DNA of 58,742 bases, counting the filler, from Catajapyx aquilonaris (lineage: Eukaryota), in the NCBI GenBank assembly GCA_000934665.2. It is 2 parts of 2 records of this genome, joined end to end, with 100 filler letters (N's around TTAATTAATTAA, not from the genome) between each part and the next. Parts side by side here need not be neighbours in the genome. Positions count along the whole stretch, not along the records: positions 1 to 29,380 come from JYFJ02004821.1; 1 more part is not named here. One strand, 5' to 3'. The notes below the pieces were generated by a model. It was not told the origin of the DNA, ran no database searches, and saw only the letters and a list, made by a program, of their open reading frames with translations. Shown here in pieces: positions 1 to 13,220 of the stretch; positions within the stretch are counted from its first letter, which is position 1; each line of letters begins with the position of its first letter. A program made the translations under genes and the position numbers.

Positions 1-260
1 GCGGGAGTCTTTCCCCGGATATACTGAATCATTTTTTCCAGATGCTCGGCTACGAGAAGATGGTTCCTTGTCGAGCGGTGTACCACATGACCACGGAGCG
101 GCGAGCCTCCTGATTGGCTGGAGACTCTTCCCACGCATATTTACTAGTTACAGAAACCGCCGCAGTGGCGCTTTCCCATGTTAAACTCGCATAGACGGTG
201 GCGACACTGCGGAATTTTTCCATGAGGCTCCGTAATAAGCCGTGGGCTACTACTAATATA

Positions 261-352
261 ATTATATTTTGTATATTGTATATAATTATATATTGTATAT
301 TGTGTATGATTATATTTTGTATATTGTGTATGATTATATTTTGTATATTGTA
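261..352. repeat. AT-rich minisatellite, about 4 copies of a 24-bp unit
   Basis: Unit ATTATATTTTGTATATTGT(A/G)TAT(A/G) starts at 261, 285, 309 and 333. It explains the NIQNIIIH repeats in ORF 50..382. Confidence 0.85.
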
Positions 353-3300
353 TACAGTATAATAATTATTGTACGTCGTCACAGTCGTAATATTTTCATC
401 AAATATTCTTCGAAGATACAGCAGTGTGGTCCAGATCAGCTATAGCATTTTTCCAGTTGATAGATTTGAAAATGCGCTTAATTCCACTACTTTTGTACGG
501 ACTAGTTATTATAACCGAAAGAAATCGTCAGCCGTCTCTTCACATTTAATTACTTTCCCAATGTCCGAAATGATACAGTCGACTTTAAAAGACCAACATT
601 TTCCCAAATCCCCTCCTGCATACTTGATATCCTCCCCCAATAATGGGTTGACATCACATTTTAATCAGACTTGCTTCATGTCAACAGCCTGCAACCGTGC
701 ACATCCTCAATCTGGAAGACCCCTGCAAAGAATTTGGATTCTACTCTTTTTTTATCAATGTTGAGCTCACAAGCCATGTTTATTCGGCCTTGGAATTTCC
801 AAAGAACCCCTCTATCCACACTCGACGTTTGAGTCAGGTGAAATCCGGATCTGAGGGGGGGGTTTGAATCCGTACAACTTCACCATGGCGATAAGACCCG
901 TTTCCATCACGACAAATGGCCAACTCTTACCCGGATTTCAAACTATAGTGTTCAAGTTGAAAAGCAGGGACTCGGGCTTCTTTCTACTTGAAGGACTTTC
1001 AACCCCGTCTTGTTGCCTCCTCCCAAGGAAAATCGTCTCCAATTCAGAGGATTGGATGCGAAACAAAACTAGGAGAGGGAGACATTTGACATTTGCGGAA
1101 ACCCCGCAATTTGCTTGTTGACGGTGGGTATTAGATGGCAGGGATGTGACGTCACTATGCAGCTCAGCGTCAATGCAAAGTGACACTTTATACAGTGCAC
1201 ATTACACCACGGTGCCAAACCACATTGCAGATGAAAACATAATAATTACTGCATCCAAATATTATTCAAAATTATGGTAATCGTCATAAAAAAAGTTGAT
1301 ATGTACTAAGGTAACTTATATGTGGGACACACCTCACACAAATTATTATTTACAACTTCGCAATTGCATGTCATAGCGCAATTAGCTGAGAAATAATGGG
1401 AAGGAGGACACAGACGTATATTTGAATTCAGTAATCATTTGTTTTAATCCGGTTCTGAAAGGGCGGGCGGATTAACATTAATTACTGCAGACAGAGAGTG
1501 CTCTACTCTGCGCAGAGATAACTTATGAAATTGTTTTTGCAATTTCGAACGTCATGATTTAAAACATTCCGCCGAACTTCAATAAGGTTTATTCTACATA
1601 TAATGCAGGATGACAATTATTATTACCTACTTCACTCTACTTCTTTTCGGACTTACATCCCGAGAATGCAAATATCAGTAATAATTTACAGTTGAGTTTT
1701 AAAAAATTAACCCAGCTGAACTTCTAACTGATGCCCTCAACTTTTACGCCGCACCAGCACATCCCTCGAGTACTATTTACCTGCACAATCGCAATTTCCC
1801 AGCGCACCGTTTGCAAACAATTTTCTCCCAATTATTCAGGCTCCGTAAACGCCACATCCACTGTCAGCAAATCCCCCATGGCCATTATCCTAATCTGCCC
1901 GCAACCTGGTCCCACAAGTAAGACACGATGGTTATCTACCTAGTCAGGATACAACTAGGACCAACAGAAAAAAAAACCCGGATCAACCCATGACCCTGGT
2001 TGATTTTGCAAATCACCGGTACTTTTGTGTGCGTTTGTGTAGTGTGGGCAGACCCCTTTTTTAAGCGATACATCGGAAAGGCTTATCAAAGTCGCAAATT
2101 GGTGTGTTCAACTCCGGACCAAAAAAAAACCTTCCAATCGCCATCGATATCCATACATGTAATTGCTTATCGACTCCGTTCATCCACAAAAGAGTGATTA
2201 CATCCAAAGCCCAATTTGCACACACCACTGTACAAGATGAAACCTTTTTTTTCCCCACCCTGTGCAATTTCGCTAGTGAAAATCACATACAGGCGCCCTT
2301 CATTGCAAAAAAAAAGGTGGGTTGAAAATGGCAAACTGCAGCTTGGCAGACTCAACCCTCTTTGATATAGCTGGGCTAAAACTTGGTTGGTAAAGCGGAG
2401 GCGGGAATAGGCCCGAGTCCTCCTGTAAGTGACAGCTCAAACGATCCCTGCAGAGGATTTCGACCCGGAAGCATCATCAGACGCCTCTCCGGATTTGCAA
2501 ATACCCTTCACATTACTTGGCATTAACGGCCTTGCCAGCCTCAGAGTTACTGCAACTTTTTTTTTGCCAGTGAGACACCAATGACAAGCGGGCTTTCAAA
2601 ATGTCATCCTATTTGTACATGAAGAACAGGCACTATCTTGATAATGTCTGGATTGTATTTTGTCCAGTTATAGGGAACGGTTGTAAATAAATTTACCAAA
2701 TGGATCCACCTGCAGTGAATGTTCGAGATTTACTTTGGCAGTGTGACACGTTCACCTAACGCGCCTGTTCAGCGGTGTAAAATGTTTTTCATTAGCGGCG
2801 CCAAGTAAAGTAGTGGAATTTCACGCAATCCTGTGGAGACCGGCCTAGCTGCACTATGTCCGTAAACAGATTAGTGTACGCCACTAGCAATGGAAGCCAC
2901 CACCCCCATGATATAAACAGCTTCGAAAACAACACGCTCCTATAGTACTTACACCTCAAAGTAAGACGAGCTGCACAACATTAAAATAATTCAGCCAAAC
3001 ATTAAAAATGTATATAGAATATTCATGTATGATACATCTTATTTGCATAGGCACAGGCGTACCTGAGTTACACCGAGTCTCTGCAATTTTCTCAACATGA
3101 CGACTCGTATAATCTGAGAATCACAAAGCACGTTGTAAGTCGGAAAACATGTTTGGTAGAGAGACAGGCGTGGAATCCACTTGATAATTACTAACGTTGC
3201 AAGCGCCAAGCTCTTCACATGCTTCTACATTAATTGTGCCCAGGAGTCAAGTGGGTCGACAGGGCTGTGAACATGCAAATTCCACTGGGAGGGAAGGGAA

Positions 3301-5441
3301 GGGGGATGCTGTGGAGGTTGATGTTGGCTGCATCCAGCAACCTCTGAATCTGGCTAAAGTTCCCCCAGAAAATTTCTCCCCAGCCCCAGGCAACCTTAAT
3401 GCCAGATTCCCAGCATCATCCAACCAGGTGCATTATCATCAGCGGCTTTCAATCCAATCTGCAATAAATTTCATCAGCCCAGAACAAGCATAGTTCATTT
3501 AGCAGTGGAGTTGGGGGACGCGTCAATCGCCTTTTCATGGTCAAATTGTATTACTTAGCGCTCTATTATTCAATTACAGTAATTGGATCGACCCATTGTT
3601 AGGTGGAAACCTATCCATTTTTTTGTGTCCTCTACTTCTTTTTTTAAAGTGGTATGCAGTAAATAGATGAGAAATTGGTGTCCTTTTGATCCGAAAATGT
3701 GACAACTTTTACGCGGACACTGGCGGATTTAGAATGCTCTCATGGGATGTTCACACACAAAACATTCCGCTACATGCGTGACGGCTTTGTTGCGAGTGCG
3801 CTCAAAACTAAGTACCGTGAAGGCTACAAACACTAACATTTTTAATACCATTGTTGCTCCCTGACTGGGAGGTGATGCACTGTTGGCTACGAACTGCATG
3901 ATAAATTCGAAATAAGGCCATCTTTTCGCAACATAACCACTTCAGTATAGCTTCCAATTTGCACGCAATGTTTGCTTTTCACCCCTTTCCCTTCCCTATG
4001 TAAATATTGCTACATTTGCGATAAAAGTACGCAAATATTATGTCGCCTCGTTGAAACTGGGTATGTCCACACCACATTTTTAGCATTCTTCTCAGTCCCC
4101 CTTTTTAGTTCCCAAATCCATATCCGCACTTATCTCACCCCCATCCATCACCCTCCTGAAAAATTCCGAGAGCGATTAATTCCGGGGAATCCTCAGAAGA
4201 GCCACAAAAGCAAGAGGGTCGAGAAGACAAACGATCAGTGTCCATTCCCCATAGCACCTGGGTCAATCCTATTATTCCCTCATGAAGGTGAGGACACTCC
4301 TGGAAATCCGCATCTTTATTTAATAAGCTACATCTCAGCTGGCCGGACAACTCCTCAGAAAATTGAATCTTACCCGGTTGCATAGTGTTACACGCCCTTC
4401 TAACTTTTCAACTCCGCTAACTAGTTTCCAAGAAAAGTTTTCCGCTCGAGTTGGACCAACCCCAGAATATCGCGGGATCATCCCATGGCTTTTTGCATGT
4501 GGTGCTTAACGTTTCCAGATAATTTCCTTTTGCACAAAAATCGAGAGGGCGCGCTTCCAGATTAGAATCTATTCAGGTGGGACGTAATAACGAGTCGTAA
4601 TCGCCTACAGGGAGGTACTCTGGAAATTAGAGTGGAGGCACGTACTACGTTGCGCGAATTTCAGCAAGGGGAGAGAGAATATTTGCGAAATCCGGAGTAT
4701 AGGGAGTCGAAAAGTGCGGTGGTGTCCAGTAGGTCGGGAGGACTAATGCGATAATCTGATCGGAAAGCTGTCAGATTGTGAAAGGACTCGCTTAAAATGC
4801 GATTTTTTTTTCTGTGAGGTGTGCTGGGAGATTGCAAAAAAATGGTGTAATTATCGTCATTCGATACCCTGATCGAACGGTCTGACATCTATCGGCAAAT
4901 TTTAATTAAATTTCTTAGAGTGAAAACTGGCAACACTGCTAGTTCGACGTAGTATGAAACGCCACCACCAGTGGAACACACTACTGCCGCTCTGTGGCAG
5001 AAAGTAGTACTACATGCACGTTGGTGATGAAATATGTGATTTTATTTCAACCCCTGCACGACTTCAGTCGTTTCTCACATAATGTCAACAATGTGCTTGA
5101 TGTCGTTTGTCGTTGTCGCCAAATCTGACCGTTCAACATCATCGTCTCGCCTAAAAGCAAGCGCCGATTTTTCAAGGAGCGTTTCGCCGAGTGTCATTCA
5201 CAAACACGTCACTTGCATTTACATAACAAATCTCCGGCACGCCTGGCTCTAATTTTCAGAATGGGTTATGGCAACATCAGGATGGCTGAGCCAATTTGTC
5301 CTAACGTCAGTCTAGCAGGCGATTATCCTCTCTTCTAATCGAAATTCCGTGTGCAGATCCCATAAGCCAACGAAGGACAATAGCCCTTTTCCAGAAATAA
5401 ATTAGCTAAATAGCCATACATTATTAGTTTTTTTAGCTTAC

Positions 5442-5484
5442 CTGAAAGGTGGCGTTTCGGTTGAGGCTGAACTTGCTGATTCAC
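5442..5484 (-). CDS. Gene A probable 43-nt micro-exon (GESASSASTETPPF)
   Basis: Acceptor tattttgcag and donor CAG/gtaagc. Phase-1 entry matches the previous exon and the frame is open. Downstream exons not identified. Confidence 0.65.
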
Positions 5485-5795
5485 CTGCAAAATACAGAAG
5501 AATCAGTACCGCAAAAAAAAAAAAAAACTTTGAACCGAACTAGAGAGGAGGGTTTAACAGAATTCGAAATGAAGAAGGTTCGGTCCTCAAAACAAACAAC
5601 TGGGAATGTAGTTTGGTGGGGAGGAAGAGCAAGGGCTGGTGGCTTTTGTCAACAAAAGAGAGCCGGCAGCTCAGCACTACTAGACCAGAACCTTCATTCG
5701 AGGATTTTGCAAGAGCTCACTTCAATTCACCCGCATTATGCCTCGTGAATGCGGAATATTACATGGCCTTGCTATATTTGCCACGGGAGGGTTAG

Positions 5796-5837
5796 TCTCT
5801 CTCTCTCCCCCCCCTCTCTCTCCCTCTCCCTCTCTCT
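5796..5837. repeat. Imperfect (CT)n/pyrimidine microsatellite
   Basis: tctctctctctcccccccctctctctccctctccctctctct. Confidence 0.7.
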
Positions 5838-7696
5838 ATTTTTTCCAACCCACTGGAAAGGCACAGTGTAGTGGTAAGCCACACAGGAGAATTCTACATG
5901 TTGTGGTGTACGTGTACAATGCGAGGCCTGCATGTTGCTCAGTAATGAACCCCTCACAGCATTTTTCGCCATAACACTGTAATTATTTTGCAAAAATAAT
6001 ATGCTTACACTATATGGGTCAATAATGACCTTATTTTAATTAGCCGCATGGGGGGATAAAACAAAGCCCTGGGTACAACAACATAATAACAGTAAACGTA
6101 ATAAGTAATTCATCAAAAAGTCTACTCTGAAACATTTAAAAGCATAAAAATATTCAGAGGTGTTCAAATTTTTAAATAGACAAATAAAACTTGTGTCTAT
6201 GAATACAGTATACGTATTTATGCACATTAATAAGTGTATAAAATTTATGTCTGTAAGTGAATGAATATATTATAGCTCAAATTAATACATCCCCATAAAA
6301 CAATTGGATTTATCTACATGTATAAGAATCATTCACGTAATTGATATTTTTATGAATTTACAATTTTCCTCGAACAGGGTTGCTCACACTCACAAACACA
6401 TAAGTAATATAAGAGTGCATTATTATGCATTGCGCACCGTGAGCACGTCATTTCCTTGCGTCATATTCTGTCATAAAAGGTAGGAAAGCACATCATAACC
6501 GTTGTTTACGATAATTCACTTCAAACTCGTCAGACATTCTAGCTGTTCTTTCCAGGCAGCACATTATCGTGAGTAATGCGATGATGCACTTTTGGTGGCA
6601 TTTCCTTGTTACAGTCGTATACCGGTATTTCCTTCCATACACCTTGCATGACTTATGTGATGTGATAGTTGCAGGATAGTTGCCACGCTAGTCTTACACC
6701 GAATAATTACATTAAAGCAATCTGACATTTTAACAATTCATAATCAGATTAAATATCTGTCATGTCCACTACCGGACAAAAATAACTACAAAGCATACCC
6801 GACGGTGAGTATATACAACTTGACGCAGTGGATAAAATGTAATTACACTAATACCAGCTCTAACGCAAAATATAATACAGCCCAAAACCTGCCGTATTTA
6901 CTACGCATAAAACAGCTCACAGAGGTCAATACTGCAATATTTATCAACGCATTCAAACATCAATGTTATAGCTAGCATGGTTTGAAGTTGCGAATGCAGA
7001 TCCCAAAAATGGCAATTATTTTCCCTCATCTTTAACTACGCGATCTTATCATCAACAGCGCATTCGCATAATAATACTGTAGGCATATATCTCTCACATA
7101 TTCACCAGCAAGACACAAACAACCAGCAGGGGAAACCAAACGAAAACTACACGCTACTGCTCTCGTCTCTTCCTCCAACTCAACTCATCTCTAGCATTCT
7201 AAATATCGCAAACAAAAAGACGAGAGGCCAACCCCCGGAATTTGGAATTCTTCTCCTGCCCGGATTCCATCCCTTCACGTGCTCCCCGGATTTTCCACCA
7301 ACGCAAAATTCCACCCACGGATTTCAAAAATCCCCTAAAATAACACATCTCCAATCCAAGCCCAATAATTCCTACTAACTTCCGGTTATATTACATCTTT
7401 AAAAAATACATCGGGTAGAATTTTCGTCCCACTTCTATAGTTACTGCTAACTTAGCAGTAGGCCTATAACTCAGGGCCAATTTAAGCGTGTGCTGTCCGA
7501 ATTAATGTGCAGTCCCAATTCTGCTAATTCTCCAGGCTCATTTTCAGCCCTTTCCAAATTTTCGAGCATGGGAAGGTTTAGAAAAAACATATTTTTAATG
7601 GCTTTGAGACAAAAATTCGACCTATTTACTAATAATTTTGCATGTACCTGCTGCCCACACATGTGTAGTCGTATCCTAATTGCATTTCCCCATTAC

Positions 7697-8155
7697 CTGA
7701 ACCAATAAACGGTCGGTTAAGCGTATCATATACCTTGTTTCGATGGGGCTCGTCAGATGGAGGACCGGGCTCGAGTATGGGCGCCGAGCTGGCCTTGGTT
7801 CCCATGTCCCTCGGAAGAGGTCGAGGCGGGAGCTTCAGAGACACAGAACTGGGACTTGGAAGAGACATGGTGGCGGGACTCTTGGTTGGACTGGGGCTCG
7901 GGCTGGACCAGTTGCCCACGGGCGGGATACGGGTCAGCTCAAGAGGCTTGGGTCTAGGTCGGCTTGGAAGGGTGTGGGTCGTGTCAGGGGAGGAGGCCTC
8001 GTGACTGCTGCCCGATCTGGTCTGGGTCTCCACATTCTCTCGTTTGACCCACACTTCCTCCAGGTCGCGTGTACGACGCTTGTTGCTGACCCCTGGCTTG
8101 GAATGACGACGACGGATTTTCTCCCAGCTCTCCTTCCGATCCACTTTGACTCCAT
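7697..8155 (-). CDS. Gene A coding exon 5 (DGVKVDRKESWEKIRRRHS...PFIGS), Pro/Ser-rich
   Basis: Within ORF 7629..8201. Acceptor polyT-cctcgcgacag, donor TCAG/gtaatg; 459 nt, phase 1 to 1. Confidence 0.85.
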
Positions 8156-8804
8156 CTGTCGCGAGGAAAAAAAANNNNNNNGGGGGGGGGGGTGAAAGCA
8201 ATATGAGGATGCGCTAATTGCAGGAAGCTGTAAAAGTAACCGGGAGTAAGGGCCGACCCTGAGGCATAAAAATTGAACAGGTGCGAATGACGGTATCGCT
8301 ACTTTCGTGACCGGTACTGCATCGCAAACAACGGGCGTATATCTTATCTGCTGGCTCATATACTTGTACAATGTTGGACTACACACTTATCTATTATGGG
8401 AGCGATAAATTTTATTAGAAATCTGATTATTATGAAGTCCACATTTTTTGTTATGCATACAGTACAATTATTTCGTCCAGGACATTCGTTACAGACGGCA
8501 ATATTATGGCCCTGACATACTAGTATGAATGTCGTCCTATGCCAAATAATAATCAACGCAATGGCCTTTGCTTAACTCCACAGCAACCAACAGCTGTGAC
8601 TCAATTGTGTTACCAAGTCCGTGGGCATAAAAACCTCGAAAACGTCACCGCTACCATTTCCAAATGCACCATGCACGCCAAATTATTATTATTCCGCTTG
8701 GACACAATCTCTGCCAACTGGGTTGCCAAAATAACCTATGTAACCAGCCAAACCCTACTGCGTTAGATCGGTTGCAACAGATCATATACTCTTTTCTTTT
8801 TTAC

Positions 8805-9219
8805 CTTGAGCGTTTATGTTCCTCTTGGGCAAACTTGTGGGTGACCCCGTCCCGATCCCTGATTCTGCCCCGAGGTCATCCGCGTTCTCTAGAGATTCGG
8901 ACAAGGAGATGCTGCTGGCGCTTCTGGGACGTCGCTGGTCGTCGACTGGATCAGACATGTCAGTAAAGGCGGACTTGCAGGAGGAAGACGACGACGAGAG
9001 CCGCTCCTGGCTGTTCCGTAACGACAACGACGTCGTTCGAACTGATCCATCGCAACCGCATTCAGACGATACCCATGTGAAGCTGGAACTTGGCGACACG
9101 CTGCATGTCGGACTAGTCTGCGTCGTCGCATCAATCACCGACACACCGGACAGCCACACGTCGTCGTCCGATGTCTGCGACGTTCGAGATTCAACCTCCC
9201 TTCCAGCCAACTCCTCATT
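8805..9219 (-). CDS. Gene A coding exon 4 (NEELAGREVES...NINAQ), Ser-rich
   Basis: Overlaps ORF 8782..9210. Acceptor tttttatgggcag, donor CAAG/gtaaaa; 415 nt, phase 0 to 1. Confidence 0.85.
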
Positions 9220-10002
9220 CTGCCCATAAAAACACGCAACATAATAATTATTAGCACCTAATATTTTGACAACCTCTAAAAGTAAGCTATAAAAAAACAG
9301 CTTAAAAATCGCTCATTTCAAATGGAACACTGCGCAGAAATTGTTTCACTTTCTGAGCAGCTGTACAAATGTTCCGTTGTAATTAGAGCTGTTGAGATGG
9401 GTTGTGTTTTTTTGTGGGATTACGTGGCTCGACTGCCCCCTCAGCTGTTTCATCCATCGCTAACTGGCCATAAAGAAGTCCATCTGTCATGCAAGACATG
9501 TTTCGCAGTCCATATTTAGCATGGGAATAAAAAAATTTGAACTCGCATTTCCGTTAGTCAAAATGTTACAAGGTAGTACGTCACTGATACTTTTCAACAT
9601 TTTGACCCCATTGACATATTGAGGAAACACCCAATGAAAACTTGATGCCAATAATTCAATCAGAAGCCAGAGCGGACTACTGGATCTAATCACTCATTAA
9701 ATAATTAGTATGTTGCCAACCGTTACTTATGCGACTAAAAATAAGTGAAAAATTAGTGCGACATACTTTACACAGCGGAGTTCACACAAAGAAATACAGC
9801 GCTATAAACGTCACTAATCCGCCATATCGCGAAAGTAAACAGGAAGCAGCGCCACACAAAACTTTCACAAGTTAGCATTCTTGCATTAACGAGTGTCCAA
9901 ATTATGAGCCGGAAACAATGATAACAGAGCGGTGGTAATTCGCGCCTCGTTTGAGGTCATCATTCTTCGGCATGTTTGCCTAATGAGGAAGCCGCTACTT
10001 AC

Positions 10003-10445
10003 CAAATGCGAGTTTCTAGGTCCGTCCACTGTGCACTTTCCGTCCAGTCCCAACAAACTGTCAGTGCCCAAGAACCGCGTGGCGTCCAGGTAGGCCGAAC
10101 TGGATGAAGACGCCACTGATGTTTCCGAAGCTTCCGACGGCGGTGGTGGCGGCAGGTAGCACTGAACCACCCGGTTGTGACCTGCCCTGCCAACCATCGG
10201 GGTGAAGTAGATGACCTCTCCATGCTGACGTCGTTGTGCTCTGTACCGCTGGCCCGCCGCTCTTGGAAAAGAATGGGATGACCTAGCGTGGAAACTGTCC
10301 AGCTCTTCAGCACTGTCCCGACGTCTGAAAGCGGTCAGTCTGACCCCATCTCGGTCCAACTCGTGGGTCACCTTGTAGCTTCTTGCAGACGTACAGACGT
10401 TGCCCATTCCGTTGACTGCAGGATGGCCGTTGCACTGTGGTTCAC
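10003..10445 (-). CDS. Gene A coding exon 3 (GEPQCNGH...RNSHL)
   Basis: Within ORF 9886..10458. Acceptor ttacag, donor TTG/gtaagt; 443 nt, phase 1 to 0; 90-nt upstream intron. Confidence 0.85.
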
Positions 10446-10535
10446 CTGTAATAGCCATTAACTACAGTCAGATCTGAACAGAAATATAGACATTATTTGC
10501 CAACAATGAACATTGGAATGTGCCCAAAATATTAC

Positions 10536-10947
10536 CTTTGGCAGCCTGCAATCCGGCTTCCAGCTGCTTCAGATCCGTGCATTTCTGGGTGTCCGCCCCT
10601 GGTGTTCCATTGGCCACGGGCCCGACTTGCTCAAGGGCCAGAAGCTGCTCGATTGCCCATGGACTAGCGACGGCACCCAAAGAGTGGGACCTTTGCCTAT
10701 GAGAAGGTCCTGTGTCGCTGCTGACATCTCCTTGCAACTCCTTCAGCTGGCTGTCGACAATGCTGGTGAACTCAGCCAGAAGGTTGTCGGACCAACCGGT
10801 GGTGACCTCATCCTTGATGACCTCCTTGGTGATGACTTTCTTGGGCTTGCGTTTTTGCGTCGGGTTCAGAATAGCTCCTGTTGCATGACCATTCTTCTGC
10901 CTTTTGAGGGTCCCTTCCAATTCGTCGAACACACGCCCGATCTCCTC
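10536..10947 (-). CDS. Gene A coding exon 2 (EEIGRVFDELEG...LQAAK)
   Basis: Mostly ORF 10468..10932. Acceptor catatag, donor AAAG/gtaat; 412 nt, phase 0 to 1, consistent with both neighbours. Confidence 0.85.
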
Positions 10948-12015
10948 CTATATGTTGAGGAGAACAAGCCTATTTAACAACAAGTCAGGCCTTGAAGCCT
11001 ACTCAATCAATATTCTTTTCCACACGTGCAAGCCAAGTTCCTCGTGTTTATTCCAACCCCTGCCAGCATCACATTCCTCCACCTGCTTAAGAACCAAAGG
11101 GAGGAGATTCCTACCACGTGTCTTACTTTTTTTGGTGGTGAACTCTGGTATATCGCGAAATATTGGATGCGCCTCACCCAAAACCTCGGGGCCAACACTG
11201 TTGTCTTTATTATGTCTTCCTCAGCGTGAAGGTTGCCCATTCTGGCCAAGGGCAGCCTTAATCAGGATCAGTTTTGCGGGGATCCTCAAGAGCTACCTAA
11301 TGAGCCAGGGCTGCTTCCAGTCGCAGTGATTTAGTAGTGACATGTCTGAGAGAAGACAGTCCTCCTGAAAAGCTGAGTAGCTACAAAAGAAGCCGCCATC
11401 AACACTTTGGAACGACTTTCATCCTGCCGATAAATCCGCCTGCAGTTTTCCATTCATTTCGTCATTCCGCCTACATGGAACAAAACACGCACTTATGTAA
11501 CGCGCAGATATATTACCTTCCTGATATGCATCTGGAATCGTCCTAATTGGTCAGGTCCGATCGCATACCTGATGCGTATAGGTCCATATAAGGAGCGATA
11601 GGACTGGGTCGGACACCTGTCACCTCCGATTGTCACTGGTTGTACCAACTCACCCGAAGACCACCGAGAGACCACACTTGGGACTGGGAAAAGATGGACA
11701 CTTCTTGGGTGCTGCTTGCTTCCTTGATGAATGAGCCTGGTTTTGGCCATATGTGGGTCACCCACACGTATGTCTGCATAAGTGTGTGTTGGTGTACCCC
11801 CAGAGGGAAGCACCACAAGTCCAGCCAGCCAGCTGGGCTTTTGCACCAGGAGAAACTCGACTCCTTCACTTTGTCTCATCAGGACACCAGATGGCGTACC
11901 AACCGTGATTTCATTAAGAATGTAGTTTGACGCATGTATTTTAATATCAAAATATTCATGTCGGTTTTTAAGAATTAGGAAGAAAGTGGGCTGGCAATAT
12001 ATTGTAAACACTTAC

Positions 12016-12093
12016 ATGAACCTGCTCAATGTAGCGCTCCAGGTCTCCATACGGATCGTCCGATGACCCAACGATGTCCTCCGGGTCGGCCAT
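12016..12093 (-). CDS. Gene A coding exon 1 (MADPEDIVGSSDDPYGDLERYIEQVH) of an uncharacterised Ser/Pro-rich protein
   Basis: ATG at 12093 with an in-frame stop upstream. Exon acceptor ttttgcag ends at 12125; donor GTAAGT at 12015, phase 0. Joins in frame to EEIGRVFDELEG, forming a plausible amphipathic helix. Confidence 0.75.
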
Positions 12094-13107
12094 TCTCAGC
12101 ACTCAAGAATCCATGTGTCTGCCTCTGCAAAAGGATTAAAATCAAACGATGACATCGCACATCCTCAACTTGTTGTTTGGTTATTCACCACCCTTTGAGA
12201 CCAAATCCTCCAGAAGATCTGTGACCGCAGATAAGACAATGCCAACAAGCACCAGAGGTCGCAGCCTAGAGCCCCGCCTTCAATTTAACACACCCGCCTC
12301 ATTGTTATTGAAATAATCCCTCTGGTGTCTCTCCTTGAAATGCAAAGCAGGAGGACGAGGAGGGGGGCTGTCCCCAAAAATGAAGACATGCAGCATAGGC
12401 CGTCAACCCTCCTTGGCTTGCTTACTAACCTCCACAGATTTTTAAGTGGCATCATGACGCAGGCCTACTTTACAATGCTATCGAGTTAGAGCAATCGGGC
12501 ACCCACGCGACCGTCAGCTAATCAGAGTCAATCGTATTTCACACAGATTTAGACTATCAACGTGGTGCATAATAAAATGCATAAAATTATGCATCAGTTC
12601 ATATGTGTAATAATACGCACACCGAATTTTTCGAGTGTGCACCGATGCATGGCAAGAAGACAATGCAGAATTCGGAAGCTGCCAGGCACCAATTGTGGTT
12701 TGGTAATCATGCACGCATAGAAACAAGGTGCTCATTTGTAGGGGGCTTAAAATGTAATCTTGGAAACGACCTAATTGGCTGGAAATCGCAGCGGGCAGTG
12801 GAGGTTATCCCCGCTACCGACCGACTATTACCGAGCCTAATGCTGGAGGCTACTCGTGCGAAAAACCTCACTTCCGCCAATGGGATCGTGGGAGCCAAAA
12901 AAGCCGCTGACAGTATTTTCCATTTCCCTTTTTTGTACGGGACAAAAATGCAGAGTCAAATCGTTTCAGACGTGTAGTGAATGCCCGCGCCTCCTGTTGG
13001 ACTGAATACAATTCAGGCTTGATGACCCGAATAATTTTTTAAATTCGATTCGCTTATTACATTAACGGGGCAAATTATGGAGAAAATCATTGCATTACAA
13101 GTACCTA

Positions 13108-13220
13108 CAGTCCAAAGAATGATCTGACGTCACACAAGCCGTGTTTTCTGAGCATGCGCGGTTGCAGCGTGCTTGGAAGCGTGCTGAATGTGACGTCAGG
13201 TCGTTCTTTGTAGCGGACTG
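13108..13220. mobile_element. 113-bp Tc1/mariner-type MITE
   Basis: Inverted ends CAGTCC(GCTAC)AAAGAAYGAYCTGACGTCACA, with a 5-bp deletion in the left arm. TA on both flanks (13106-07, 13221-22). Confidence 0.8.

Noticed and set aside
42..228. Possible + strand terminal exon after ttttttccag
   Set aside because: All three frames are short, none is recognisable, and upstream context is outside the window.
261..352. CRISPR-like repeat array
   Set aside because: Units are contiguous with no unique spacers, and the context is eukaryotic with no cas genes.
50..382. 110-aa ORF with NIQNIIIH repeats
   Set aside because: Product of the 24-bp AT-rich minisatellite; no coding features.
771..1059. 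Minus-strand exon-like units (931-1059 and 771-850) as the continuation of gene A
   Set aside because: Splice signals are plausible but I cannot choose among them or confirm a frame without transcripts.
7735..10977. Long + strand ORFs (7743, 8816, 10513 and others)
   Set aside because: Antisense shadows of the GC-rich exons of gene A.
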